Shown in pieces: positions 1-13,210 of a stretch of 64,000 bases of DNA. This DNA is from Camelus ferus. Its lineage: Eukaryota. Where the stretch lies: contig NC_045697.1 of NCBI RefSeq assembly GCF_009834535.1, forward strand, positions 105,650,001-105,714,000, given 5' to 3'. The notes beneath the pieces are model-generated. The model did no database searches. It was given only the letters and a program-made list of their open reading frames with translations, and was not told the origin of the DNA. Made by a program: the position numbers and the translations under genes. How positions within the stretch are numbered: the stretch's first letter is position 1; every line of letters starts with the position of its first letter.

Positions 1-26
1 TGACAGACCTCTAATCAATCCTGTGC

Positions 27-64
27 TATTCTAGAGTCTTTCAAATATTCTAGAGTCTTTCAAA
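27..64. repeat. Perfect 19-bp tandem duplication
   Basis: TATTCTAGAGTCTTTCAAA at 27-45 and 46-64. Confidence 0.95.
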
Positions 65-309
65 GCAGAACTTAATTTTGCTGTTTTTTAAAATGCTGAA
101 ATAAAGATAATAAATACCTTGTTAATCTCTGTTTCAGTCAACTTATATTATGATGATATAACTAGCCTGGAAACACACACTCATTGTCTATAGCTTTTCC
201 TGTTATTTTTAGTAATAAAATAAATATATTTTAATAAGAATATCTTACTGTTGACCTATCATCAATAGAGTTTGGAGTTAGTTTTCTAGTAATAATGTTC
301 ACTTGGGAG

Positions 310-550
310 ATTAACACTTGTTGAACATATATTCGATGCCTGGTGCATTTATAAACTATGAGTTGCTTCATTTATACATATAATCTTCATAATAACTTCC
401 TGAGGTAAGCGTTACTAACTTAGTAAGGAAACTGAGGTTCAGAGAGGCTAAGTAAGTTACCTGAATTAATGAAATGAGAAAGGAGTTGTGCTGAGATTTG
501 AACCCAGATCTGTGGGTTGCTAAACTGTGTTCTTTTCACTGCATTAGCTG
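310..550 (-). mobile_element. MIR SINE
   Basis: Reverse-complement MIR core GAAACTGAGGTTCAGAGAGGCTAAGTAA and GATTTGAACCCAGATCTG. Confidence 0.85.
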
Positions 551-1410
551 TACATGCTCCTTTAAATTAGAGTGCTCTGTGACCTTTCCCCATATAATCA
601 AGGACAAACATTACGAGATGCTTGACGACTGGGGAGAAGAGAGTTGGGAATAAATGGTTGAGAAAGAAATAGTAATTAGTTAGGTGATCTCTGAACTTCC
701 AAGTCCAGCCCTTGCCCTACCACACTTACCTGAAAGAACTCTGGTGGATATATACGTATGGAAGATCAGGTCCGGCAAACAGGAGCATTTGATTAATGCC
801 TGTGCTTTTTGTGCATGTCAGTCTGGTGTATTTTCTTGGGATCTAACCTGGACCTTGTGGAGAACCTCTAAACTCCCACTCAGGCCAGATGTTGCCCACG
901 TTGCATCCTTTTCCTCTGCCTCTCTCTTGTTCCCACTTGGCTTCTAAGGAGACGGGAGCAGAGAGGAAGTCACTTGTTCTGCAGTGAGGACAGGGCCTGA
1001 TTCTGCTCTTCCTGTGGGGAGGAAGCAAATCCAAAGAGAGAAGTGTTTGTGTTCTTTCTGAAAGTGCATGTCCTGGAGCCCCATGTTCCCCCAACCTTAC
1101 CTTCTGGCACACTCAAATTTTAACTCCCCTATTCAACCTTGCGAAAATTATTAGCCTGGGGACCAATAAGTGTTCTTGTCTCTTGAAACAACCATGGTGG
1201 ATGAATTAAGGATAATGGAAATGGAGAAAGCTTAGTACAGAGGCAGGTAAGGAAGCTGTCAGTTTCTCTTAGCTTTTGGGGAACAGGGTGCATTGATTTC
1301 ATGGATACCCAAGTCATGTACCTATCTGTTTTTTTTTTTTTTAACCATTCACTTAGTATTTATTCACAATTCACATCCATCATTATCGCCTATACCATGG
1401 CTCACTGTTC

Positions 1411-1832
1411 CTTTTTAATTGAGGTATAGTTGATTTACAATGTTGTGTTAGTTTCTGGTGTAAAACATAGTGATTTGTCATATATATACACATACATACA
1501 CATGTTCTTTTTCATTATAAGTTCTTACAAACCATTGACTATAGTTCCCTGTGCTATACAGTAGAATCTTATTGTTTATCTATTTTGTATATAATACTGT
1601 GCATAATAGTTAATCCTTAATTCCTAATTTATCCCTCTCCCCTACCCTTTTCCCCTTTGATAACCATAAGTTTTTTTTTCTATGTCTGTGAGTCTGTTTC
1701 TGTTTTATAAAAAGGTTCATTTGTGCCATTTTTTAAAATCCCACATGTAAGTGATATCATGTGATATTTGTCTTTCTCTGTCTGACTTACTTCACTTAGT
1801 GTGAGAATCTCTAGGTCTGTCCGTGTTGGTGA
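1411..1832 (-). mobile_element. LINE-1 3' end, 5'-truncated
   Basis: TTTTTAATTGAGGTATAGTTGATTTACAATGTTGTG...GTGATATCATGTGATATTTGTCTTTCTCTGTCTGACTTACTTCACTTAG is the antisense L1 3' UTR and ORF2 end. Confidence 0.9.
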
Positions 1833-2295
1833 TGCTACCTTTACTTATCCAGTGCGCTCATCTGAGTTAACTAGCTTAGATCTACTTTAACATTCGGTGA
1901 AAACATTTTAGCAGCGACAAGGATAAAAGAAATGTACAAGAGTCACATCTGACCACATCTTTTATGCACTGTAGTTGAAATGACTTGACATGCAATTTGA
2001 GATTGAATATCTTCAGAGAAGTCACTCTCAAAACACCTGAAACAAATATGTTCTAAGTATGTGATTAATAGATACAACAATTATGACAGTTCCAACTCTT
2101 TCTTTCCCAAAACCTATCACTAAGGCTATACCAATCTTCTAAACACGTATATCAAAACTAACTGGTTAACCCATAAGGATCCTTTCCGATTTATATTGTA
2201 TAAACAGGGCTTTCTATGCATGTGGTTCTATGAAACCAGGCTGCCATCTTTTCCGTGTATTGTCTTAGTCAGGATTTGTCTTGCAAAATCTAAGT

Positions 2296-2760
2296 GTGGC
2301 AGATACCATTAGATGATTATCCAAAAGCTAAAACCTTTATCTGGCCAACAAAATCCGAAGTTTGTTTAGGTAGGCCATGGACCGTCTTCAGGAAGTGAAT
2401 GTGATCAGACTGTTTGTGACAATCTTTTCTGCTTTGTCAGATCCTTGCTGTCCCAGACTTCCTTGTGTAAGGGATGACATATGACCAGTTCTGGCTAATG
2501 AGGCATAAGAGGAATTCTGAGGGGCTTTTTCCCCCTTCTCCAAATAAAAAATTGTAGCCATCTTCCACCTGCTGCCGTCTTCCTTCCTACTTGTCATACT
2601 GAAAGGAGGGTGTGATTCCTCGAAGTATACTAGTTGTCTTGAATTCATAGGGTAATGTAGCTGAGGATAAAGATCTACACACTGTGGAGGGCAGAGAAGA
2701 AGGATGGCTGAGCTGCTGCACTCAACACTGAACCACAACCTTCTAGAATAAGAGATGGTC
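2296..2760. mobile_element. Old ERVL/MaLR solo LTR (LTR33/MLT1J-like)
   Basis: TGTGGCAGATAC start, CATATGACCAGTTCTGGCTAATGAG and GCCATCTT motifs typical of these LTRs. Confidence 0.6.
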
Positions 2761-2929
2761 CCTGTTAGTGAGATCGGGGGTAGACACAATGCTGAAACCC
2801 TTCCGTACGTCCTACAGGGGAAGCTGCAGGGACCGAGAGAGCACGAGTGCAGGATACCCATCTCAGAATTCCAAAAGATGCTGTAGGCAGATCGGGAGTT
2901 ATCCAGACCAAGGTGGGTAGAAAAAAATC

Positions 2930-3270
2930 CTGTAAGGAAAGGAATCCAAGCAAAGAGACCAGCACTTGAAAAGGCAGGGCCATATCAGAGAACATGACCT
3001 GATGTGGAATGTCTGGTAGGTAGTTTAGGGAAGATGGAGCAACAAATGCCAAACGGTCCAGTGGTGAGAGATGAGGTTAGAGATGGAATAGCGTCCTGAT
3101 CCTCAAAGGACCTTTATGCTAGACTGAGGGTTTGGCACTTTATTCTGATAATCAGAGTGCTATTGAGCGATCTTATATATTATATGACTACATAGCATAC
3201 ATTATATGCTATAGAAGTTCCAGAGCTTGGAGACAGAGAGATGTTGGAATGAGGGAGAACGTGAAGACTA
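2930..3270 (-). mobile_element. L2 LINE fragment
   Basis: GAGATGAGGTTAGAGA...GGACCTTTATGCTAGACTGAGGGTTTGGCACTTTATTCT resembles antisense L2. Confidence 0.65.
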
Positions 3271-3752
3271 TAATGGCTTTTCAATCTTCTAATAAAATGT
3301 GCAGACTTCATTGACTACCTCTTATTTAGGGCTAATGGTGTCTTAGGAAAAGGTCCTGCTGGTATCAATGGGAAGTTTCATACATAAAGATCAGGGGATC
3401 ATGTCTTTGCTCCTGAAACCCATGAGATGGATTCTTAAGCTACAGCATCCATACAAACCGAGAGTGGGGCCTTTTCTGAGAAACAGCAGCTTCCCTCTAA
3501 ATCCAGGCAAGTTTTATAGTGCGTGACAGGCATCTAACAAGAGGCTCTTCTAGTTCCCTTTGGGTGCTGACTTTGTGTTCTCAAGTGCCATTGATAAGCG
3601 GGAAGGCCTTCTGATAACAGTAAGGTCGGCTGCTGCATTCCTGAGCCATGGCTGGTGTCTCCCTATCCACTGCCAAGCTGTAGAAAGAGAGTCAGATTGG
3701 TCAAATCTGAAGGCTTACCTATTGGGGTTGGCTGGTTTTGGGAGTGAGGAGT

Positions 3753-3781
3753 TGTGTGTGTGTGTGTGTGTGTGTGTGTGT
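3753..3781. repeat. (TG)n microsatellite
   Basis: About 14 TG units. Confidence 0.95.
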
Positions 3782-4029
3782 CAGGAAGGAAGAGAGAAAG
3801 AGAGAAAAGAGAGAGGTCAGGGACCAGCCAGAGCAGAGACACAGATCCTGTCCATAGGTAGGTGTGTGGCACTGCAGTGCCTTTTCTCCTACCCTCCAGG
3901 AAATACCATTTGACCAGCTGCTCACCCTACATCGGAAGTGCAGCCTGCCAGAAGCCTGCCTTTGCCTTCTGGCCCTTTGCCTTCGCATCTGAAAGAGTAG
4001 TGGCCCAGGGGTCACTACACATCTCGGCA

Positions 4030-4310
4030 ATCCAAGCTCTTTGCCCCCGACTCCACCCTCCTCCCTCCACTTCTCTAAAACCAAACCACTTGTAGTTCCA
4101 GGAACACAGGTCTGCTTTGCACTTGCTGTTCACTTTCCCTGGAGTCTCCTTCCTTTCTTGTATGCTTAGAAGAATCCTATCTATCCTTCAAACCAGCTCA
4201 TGAGTCACTTTTTCCAGGAAGAAGATTCTCTCTTCTCCCAGAACCACATGTAAATGTTCACCATGCCTCCTCTAGGTTCCTCTTCTCCCTGAAACAGCTT
4301 CCCTTAACCC
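4030..4310 (+). mobile_element. L2 LINE fragment
   Basis: CTTTGCACTTGCTGTTCACTTTCCCTGGA...TCCTATCTATCCTTCAAACCAGCTCA typical of the L2 3' region. Confidence 0.7.
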
Positions 4311-4402
4311 ACTGGATTCATGTATGTATATATATAAAATTTTAATATATGCATATATAATATGTAATAATTTTTATATGTGTATATAAATATATAATAA
4401 CG

Positions 4403-4746
4403 TTTCAATTGTGGTAAAGAACAAATAAAATTTACATCTTAACCTTTTTAACTGTACAGTTTAGTAGTGTTAAGTACTTTCACATTGTTGGACAACAAAT
4501 CTCCAGGAATTTTCATCTTGCAAATCTGAAACTGCACCCATGAAACAACTCCACATTTTCCCCTTCTCCTAGACCCTGGCCATCACCATTCTGCTTTTTG
4601 TTACTATGAATTTGATATGTCATATAATTGGAATCACACAGTATTTGTGTTTCTGTGATTGCCTTACTTTACTGAGCTTAATGTCCTCAAGGCTCATCCA
4701 TTGTATAACATGTGACAGGATTTCCTTTGTTTAAGGAGGAATAATA

Positions 4747-4789
<43 letters not shown>

Positions 4790-5462
4790 TTCACATTTTG
4801 TTCATCCATTCAGTCATCAGTAGCCATTGGGTTGCTTTCACCTCTTGGCTATTTTGAATAAAGCTGTAGTGAACATGAGTGAACAGATATCTCTCTGGGA
4901 CTTTGCATTCAGTTCTTTTGGATACATACCTGGAAGTGGATTGCTTGATGATACGGTAATACCATTTTTGATTGTTTGAGGAAACATCATAGTGGTTTTC
5001 ATAGAGGCTGCACAATTTTTCATTCCCACCAACCGTACACAATGGCTTCAATTCTCCACATCCTCACTGACATTGTTATTTTCTTTTTTTTTTTTTTTTC
5101 AATTGTAGCCATCCTGATGAGTGTGAGTGGTATCACCTTTGTGGTTTAGATTTGCATTTCTCTGATAGTTATGTTGAATATTTTTTAATAGCTTGTTGTC
5201 CATTTTTATATCATCTTCAGAGCAACGTCTATTCAAGTCCTTTGCCCATTTTTGTATTGAGTTGTTTCTTTTTTGTTGTTGTCGTGATATAGAAGTTATT
5301 TATATATTCTGGATATTAACTCATCATCAGATATACTTTGCAAATATTTCCTCCCATTCCACAGATTACCTCTTCTCTCTATTGATTGTGTCCTTTGATG
5401 CACAAGAGTTTTAATTTTGATGTAGTTTCATTTATCCATTTTTGGTTTTATTGTCTTTGCTT
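4403..5462 (-). mobile_element. Old LINE-1 3' portion (L1MB-like) with internal (TG)n at 4750-4787
   Basis: Minus-strand ORFs carry ORF2 C-terminal motifs (PLPGMYPKE, MFTTALFKIAKR); L1MB-type 3' UTR TTGTGGTAAA...GTACAGTTTAGTAGTGTTAAGTAC. Confidence 0.9.
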
Positions 5463-5749
5463 AAGGTTTTGTTAAAATGAATACCTTCTTTGCATAAATG
5501 TTATTTCTGAGCATTTAGTAGGTAATTTGCTCTAGCCTCTGTTCATCAACCCAATGGCATATGTTTGTAGCTACAATATTCTTATGTATTTGCTCGTAAC
5601 CATAGATGCTGGCCTTATTCTTAGGGTTGGGTTAAAGGCAGCAATGAGTCTAATCAACAGTTTTGGCCATGAGTGTGTTTTCATCTGGAGCTATTCATTT
5701 TTTTGAATTATCATACCCAGTCCCTGCTTTATTATATATGAGACTTAGC

Positions 5750-5875
5750 ATAAATAATATGAGCCTATATATAACACATATGCCTAAGCTATGTATATGT
5801 GTGTTTGTATATTTATACATATATATACACATACATATGTATCTGTGTACATTACACAATATATAAATAAATAAA
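5750..5875. repeat. (TA/CA/TG)-rich low-complexity tract
   Basis: Alternating purine-pyrimidine ATATATACACATACATATGT-type sequence. Confidence 0.7.
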
Positions 5876-8759
5876 CTGGTCTTTCGTGACTGACTTTATA
5901 GGACTGATGGGCTGACATTCCTTCCTTCAGGAGATTATAAGATTATCAGTTGGTTTTGTCTTCTTGAGCTAAAGCAGTAAGGATGAGCTTGACACATACA
6001 GAGACAATAGATGGAGCTGGTGTAAGGTCTCTCTTCTTGTTCTGAAAGATGGGCCTGGGGTCACTTTGAGAAGGAAAAGGGCTAACAGCAGGCAGCAGTT
6101 TTTAGGAGGGACTGTGAGAGGACGGTCCTGCTTCAGTCCCCACGGACAGCTGAGTAGGGGACACCTGCCAGGGGCTCTGATGCGCCAAAGACTGTGGCTC
6201 TGAAAACTTCATGCCCTTGGCATGGATTTTGCTGTTTCCATAGAGGGTATCAGGAACAGGCAGTGTCAAGGTGCCTGGAGGAGGATGTGGGGACACAGGA
6301 GTTGAGCAGACATATTTCTAAGCACTTGGGAGAAACTATCATGAGCTGAAAATTACTGGGTGGTAAGTTGAGGGAGTCCTACAGTTATGAAGATGGGGCA
6401 AAGAGCAGGTATAGTTTGGATAGTAATATTACTATAGGAAGGGTGCCTGGACGTATTCAGTTCACAGGGTTAGCTACCAAACAGTGGTTAGCATATAGAA
6501 ACTTGATATTAAAATAATTACTACCAGGAAATGCCCAAGTAGGAAAACAAAACCAAAACACAAACCAAAGAACCCCACTGGACTCCTTTGACACAAGGAG
6601 AAACTCTTGCGGAGTAGCAAGTGAGTCCCTAGACCTGGCTGGTGTTGGCTTACTGCAAGTTTAAGGGGTTGGTTTGAAGATCGTCACTTAATTCTCCTGA
6701 TAGGTAATTGACAACCAGTATTAGCAAGAAAGTCTTGCCATAGTAGATTTCAGTTGCATGGAAACAGTGACCACCATTATTTAAAAATAGTGATGGTTTG
6801 TTGTGGTTTGGAGTATAAGCCAATCCTAGATGACTCTAATTGTTACCCTAAAATGTGTCTCATCCTTTCAGGTGGTCACGGGGCAAAGTTATCTTGAATT
6901 TGTTTTCTTCCAAGACCTTATAAACTAGATGCTGGGATTGGATGGTGGGCACTTATACTCTGGGCCAAGGAGTTTGAGAAAAGGAGTCTTAGTGAGAGAC
7001 ACAGGGCCAAAAGGAAGGAAAAAAGCCCAAACCGGACCTGCAATATATTTAATAAATTATTTCCAATTATTTTTAAATCCTCCTCGAATTAAAAGTGTGG
7101 TCGATGGGTTGAGCTTTAGGGAAATGAAGCAGTCTTCAGATTATAGCTTTAGGAAGCTTCAAATTTTGCAGTGAAAATTTTAGACACTTTCAATAAAACT
7201 GATTGAGTTATCCCTAAGCTGAAGGTAACAACTTGTATAATTTTCTGATCAAATGGATTATTACCAACATCTTTGTTTTGATAAAATATTTCATTCATGG
7301 CTCCCGAAGACTTTTCCCCTTCTAGGCTGAAATATTTTGAAATAAAGACCTTTGTCTCATCCTTATATAGTTTCTATTGCTTTTCACATAGTAGGAACTG
7401 GAGGTATGTGTCTGCCCCATCTTTGTAAGTCTCACATTATTTGCATATGGTAGGAACCCAGTAACTAACTGAATGGTGGAGAAAGTGGCAAAGCTTACCT
7501 CATAGATGAAATTCTGTGGTAGTTTTTTTCTCCAGTGTTGGATATCTAGATACCTTGAAAATAACATTTATTGAGTTTTATCAGTGGAAATACCAGTATA
7601 CAGTTAACAAACTTGGGTATCACTGAGGTTTGGTTAATTAATGGATCATATAAGTAATTGCTTTGAAAATCAAGAATACTTTTTCTGTCACTTTACTGAA
7701 ATAACATAAAGCAGCCTCCATTAGATTTTTTTTTTCATTCCAGGGATATAAAGAGACTAAAATGAGGGAGACGCAGCAGTAAGTATGCAGCACATCCTTT
7801 ATTACTTAACCAAGGGAAGTTGGATACTACTCTGAAAAAAAAAAAAAAGCATCAAAAGTGTAAAAAAAAGTGTACATCGACGTTGTTTTATGGCCCTTGG
7901 CTGGTTATCTCAGCTCTCCTGCACATGGTGCATTGCCGAGAATATGTGTTTCCAGATTTTTATTTCACTCTCAAGATAGTCCTGGAAACAAGTTAATCAT
8001 TTTTTCTGGAAGAAATTGAAATTAATATTACTCTTGAGGACGAGGAGAAAGCAGATGAAAGCCAGAAAGTATAATATGCTTCTTATGGCTGGGAATCCAA
8101 TACCAAACCAATCGTGTTTTGGCATCAGAAATTAAACCTATTGTTCCTATTTGTAATAGTATTTTCTCTCCTATACTGCCTCTGTGCCTTGAATAAATGA
8201 GGGCGCTCACAGCTGAACTGATTGCTATGGTTACAGGCAATCTGTGTTACATCTCCTGGAAGTAAAAAAAGAGGGTAGTTTAAGGTAAACATTATCCTTT
8301 TTTCACAGAGAACAATTCTCTCACAACTGCACCCCTGACTCAGGCTTCTATGGAAAACATAGGAGGGACGTATTAAGGTCCAGGTTCTAGTCCACTCTGC
8401 TGCCCCACTCACCAGTGCACACCCCTGACGCCTGCTGCTTTTTTCACCAGAGGACCGGCTAAATTGGTTTCCGGAGTTTTGGGGTTAGAAGCTGGTTTAG
8501 AGTTGCAGGTACAAAGAAATCTGTGAGACTTGTAAAGTTATATTTATTATTATAACATATTTGGTAAGCACTGGTATTGTCATTGGTACCAGACAACTGA
8601 GCCCTATGACTTCCGATGTTGCAACAGCTCATTCCAACAACACTGATACTGACAGCCCCCATGCCTTTCCTTGGCCACGCCTCTCCCCTCAGGGCTTAAT
8701 GGGGCATTTGGGTCTTCAGGCTTTGTTGGGTGAAGAGCTGGTCTTACATTCAGTCTTAT

Positions 8760-8875
8760 TTAGTTGGGTTCATCTCGCTAGCATGTATTGAGAGCCTGCT
8801 GTATGCCAGCTGCTCTCCTAGGTTCTGGAAATACAAAGATGAATCAGTCTCTTCCCTCTTGGGGAATTGAGTCGG
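8760..8875 (-). mobile_element. L2 3' end
   Basis: CATGTATTGAGAGCCTGCTGTATGCCAG...CTAGGTTCTGGAAATACAAAGATGAA is the antisense L2 terminus. Confidence 0.7.
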
Positions 8876-8908
8876 ATGATTATTATCGTTCCAAGAATGA
8901 AAGAGTTC

Positions 8909-9227
8909 TGGCCATCGTTAAAAAATCCACAAATGATAAATGCTGCAGAGGGTGTGGAGAAAAGGGAACCCTCCTACACTGGGGGTGGGAATTTAGTTTG
9001 GTGCAGCCATTGTGGAAAACAGTACGGAGATTCCTTAAAAAACTAAAAATCAACTTACCCTATGATCCAGTAATCCCACTCCTGGGCATAAATCTAGAGA
9101 AAAATATAATTAAAAAAGATACATGGGCCCCAATGTTCATAGCAGCTCTGTTTACAATAGCCAAGACATGGAAGCAACCTAAATGTCCATCAACAGATGA
9201 CTGGATAAAGAAGTTGTGGTATGTGTG

Positions 9228-9267
<40 letters not shown>

Positions 9268-9741
9268 GGAATACTATACAACCATAAAAAGAATAAAATA
9301 ATGCCATTTGCAGCAACATGTTTGGACCTGGAGATCACCATACTAAGTGAAATGAGCCAGAAAGAGAAAGAAAAATACCATATGATATCACTTATATGTG
9401 AAATCTAAAGAAAACAAAACCCAAACAAAGCAGACTCAAATGAACTTATTTACAAAACAGAGACAGACTCATAGACATAGAAAATAAACTTTTGGTTGCC
9501 AGGGAGAAAAGGCGATGGGGAGGGATAAATCGGAAACTTGGGATTTATAAATACTAAAATAGATAAACAAGGTCCTACTATATGGCACAGGGAACTATAT
9601 TCAGTACCCTGTAATGGTCTATAATGAAAACAAACATAAAAAGGAATATATATGTGTAAATGAATCACTATGCTGTACACTAGAAATTAACATATTGTAA
9701 ATTGACTGTATTTCAATAGAAGAGGGAAAAAAATAAAAAAA
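8909..9741 (+). mobile_element. 5'-truncated LINE-1 (ORF2 C-terminus, 3' UTR, A-rich tail) with internal (CA)n at 9231-9265
   Basis: Translation [29 protein letters not shown]...YDPVIPLLGI...WKQPKCPSTDDWIKKLWY; possible 7-bp TSD AAAGAGT at 8900-8906 and 9739-9745. Confidence 0.95.
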
Positions 9742-11189
9742 GAGTAAGCTATCAGAGAAGACTTCTTTAGACTTTTTATTCAGGTTTTCCGAAGAGCGTG
9801 ACCATGGCTGAGAGCAGCTTTCTTTGTTTGTAAAGAGAAAGGTTGCTGGTGGGAGAGACTATGGTCAACTCTAGATGTTTCAGTGATCTTAGAGGCTGGA
9901 GCTAGAATCCTATTTCTCACTCTATACATTTTTCTATATATTTTAAACCATATCTCATGCTTCCTTGTGTCTTAGCCTTTAGTTCATTTTCCCTCCAGAT
10001 TCTCTTTTTGTCCTCCTGACTATATTTATAAATGATTTTTTAACCCCCTTTCTCTCTCTCTCTCTCTTATTTTAAGATAATTCCCTTGGTAATTGCAGCT
10101 CTGTTGAAATTGGAATTGAAATCAGGAAGTTAATGTTGTAATTCATAACTAATGAGTTCATACTTTTCTTTGCAAAAGACAGATATTAATGGCATGCACT
10201 AAGCTGACTGGTTCACTCTCTGGAAGGAAGAGGTTTTATTTCTTGGTTACAAATCCAGCTTTTGGGCAAGGGTTGCTGTTTTGTACAAAACATATTTTAA
10301 GTCTGATTTTGTTGTGGTGCAGGAAGCAATCCAAGGAAAGCTCAGGGTTTTAGGTAAACTGGTCAGTACCAGATCTCAGTGGAGATGTATTCATTCTCTT
10401 TCTGTTGTTTTAGAGAGGTTTGGTCAGACCTCCAGCAGAATGTCAATCTCCAGACTTGAATATGGGCAAAAAATCTCGTTGTCCTGACAGCACAGGAAGA
10501 GAAACTGTTGAGACCTGGATTCCTATTCCAACAATTCAGCTTCCATTTCAGAAGTCAGAGTTTTTTAAAGAGCAAACTAGGAGAATTTTAATGCTGATGT
10601 AAGAATTTTCAGCAGGTTCAATATTCATGCCAGTTGCTTTCATTTGCCAAAGTCGGATAGTTTTTATTTTGTCCAAAATAACACACAGTTCAGTATCTAG
10701 GCTGCTCGGATAGGATTGCCCCTTTGATTTCAGAAGCATCCTTCTGTCTCTTCAATTCATCCTGATATTATTTAGGTTACTTTACTTTCTGGAAGGATGT
10801 GAAAAGAGAAAGTGCAGCATAAAATTAACCTGCTTTTTTTTTTTTCTTTTTGGCATTTTAGGCCATAGTGACTGCACTTCTGTGTTACTTGCAACAATAA
10901 TACACCTACTAACTTAGAAATGGACGTGAGCCAGTGTATGAAGGAGGTGCCCCCATTCATGGAATGGAGAAATTCTATGAATAGTGAGAGTTTGGGCTGA
11001 ATTATTACAAGTACTTTTGTTTTTGCAAAACTACTTTTTATTGCAATATTTAGAGTCCTGATATTTTACTATGTCAATCTCTTTGCTTATTGAGAATAAT
11101 TACTATGAAAGTGTTAATTGACTTCAGAAAGAGGAATATTGAGAAGCCTATTAATCTCTCAGCATGTAGTTGTGCTTTAGAGACCCACC

Positions 11190-11191
<2 letters not shown>

Positions 11192-11242
<51 letters not shown>
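11192..11242. repeat. (CA)n microsatellite
   Basis: About 25 uninterrupted CA units. Confidence 0.97.
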
Positions 11243-11244
<2 letters not shown>

Positions 11245-13019
11245 TAATGTCAAGCCTCTTAGAAAACAACCTCGTATGAAATTTACCCCTGGAAAGCCGC
11301 ATGAACAGAAAGTAATGCGCAGAGACTCACTTCCAAGGGAGCTTTGTAGAGATGTTCAATCTCCTTGGAAAACATTTTCCGGGAGGTTTATGGAAATAGA
11401 TGAAGATCAGGCATGATGACTTGCTAGATACTGAAGCCACCATGAAGTGACATTTAATGTAAAATGAATAATCACATAGCATATAACAGGCACCAAACAT
11501 CAACACAAGAGTAATCTGTGTTAAGAGCTCTGAGTTATATATTTCCAAAATGGGCTCTGGACCTGTGTCCGAGCTGGATTTTAAAATGAGAACAGAAATA
11601 GTGCATCTCTTCTTCCTTCTTTCACCACTCAGGCCCAGAGGACTCAGATGCCTTCTCTGAATACGGAAATCTCTCCAACACTCTAACAAACAAATTGAGG
11701 GAGATTATGGGTTTGGTGTGCTGGCTGGTCAACCAGCTGCATCCTCTACAGGTTCTGTTAAATATTTTGTTTTTCTCCAGAGATTTTATTTCTGACTCTC
11801 AATTTGTAATGTGGACATTGGCAAGGTATCCCAAGATTCAGAGTAGGAAGCTGAAATAGTCCCAAACAGGCAAATATGAAAGGAAGTCTGACCTGCTCTG
11901 TTTGTTGGTTGGAAAGGGGGTTGTTTCGTGTTTTCCACCAAACATTTCTCCACCCTCACTCCTCGCTTTCCACATCCTCAGAGTAGCTGTGAAGCTTTCT
12001 CCTCATAAATTCAATTTTTTTGGTCTTAAAAATTGATAAAATGTCCATGCAAACTAGGGTTTTTCTTCCTTGTTCTATGTATTTACTGTTTCTTTATTCT
12101 TTGCTTTTTGGTGTCACTTGCCTCTGTAATCATTTGTAAAACCGGAATCCCAATTAATTTTAATGGTGTCATTTTGACAAAAAGACAGAGCCCTACTTTT
12201 CAGGTTGCTATTCTCAAGAGCTAGGTCTTCAAGGAACTACATTCATGAAAGAAACATGGTGCCGTTAAATGATACTTCCACTCTAGTCAATAGGCAAACA
12301 TTCTAGAATTGAAACCGTTAGATGTCTGACAAAGTGGTAAACTTCCAGGCCTCCATCACCTCATTCCGACAAATGAGCATGTTGTGCTAGATGTTTCCCC
12401 ATTTTTTAAAAACTCTTAATATTTTATGGTTTGGGAACTTATAATCCACGGGTGTTGATTATAGTAATTAAAATTCTCCATCCCTGACCAAAGTACTAAC
12501 TTTATATTCAGCTAAACTAGAGCCTTCAAGAATTCCACATTTAATAATTCGAATTGAAAAGGTCATTTACTCCCAACTAAAAGGAAGACAGTTCTAGAAG
12601 GGCTATGGTGCATAGCATTTGGAATTTGTGGACATCTGGAATGAATCCTCTCCACCTTTTCATTGCTCTTCTTCCCTTCCCAGGAATTCCAAAGCCAGCA
12701 TGCTCTTGAACTTCATAGTTCTGGATTGTAAATGTATAAGGAATGGAATTAGAGTATGTATTTGTAAATCCCCTCATGGTCACAAGACCCTTGAAGTAGT
12801 GTTCATAACAAAAAAAACCCCCTCTATGTTAGAAAATAATATTTTAATTGAGTACTGTAGAGTTTTTTTTTTTTTAGAAAAATAGTGTAAATAGGGGAAT
12901 TTTACTAAAAGGATTCTCAAAGGATGATAGTAAGAGAAACTTTCTGTTTTCTAGAATAAAATACCTTGAGTGATTACAATACTTGGGAAAAAGTCTGATT
13001 TAGTTAAAAGTTCACAGTC

Positions 13020-13210
13020 CTATTCAAAAAGTGTTGATTTAGGACTACCATGTTCCAGGCACTCTGGCAGTTGCTTTATTTTTCATACAGTTTAATGCCC
13101 GCAGTGATACTGTAAAAAAATACTATTATTTTCTTTTCAGATGATGCAAGTGAGTATCAGTAAGCCAGAGCTTCCTTGCCCAAGGATTTAAATTGAATCT
13201 CCTGGCTCCA
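13020..13210 (-). mobile_element. MIR SINE, degraded
   Basis: TACCATGTTCCAGGCACTCTG...TTTTCAGATGATGCAAGTGAG...CTTGCCCAAGG. Confidence 0.6.

Noticed and set aside
2388..2861. 157-aa minus-strand ORF
   Set aside because: Lies largely in an old LTR; no recognisable domain or splice support.
5880..6700. Possible old LTR or ERV-internal sequence
   Set aside because: Only a vague compositional impression; no diagnostic motif I can cite.
11413..11435. Box C (ATGATGA) and box D (CTGA) snoRNA-like pair
   Set aside because: Boxes are only about 11 nt apart, far too short for a C/D snoRNA.
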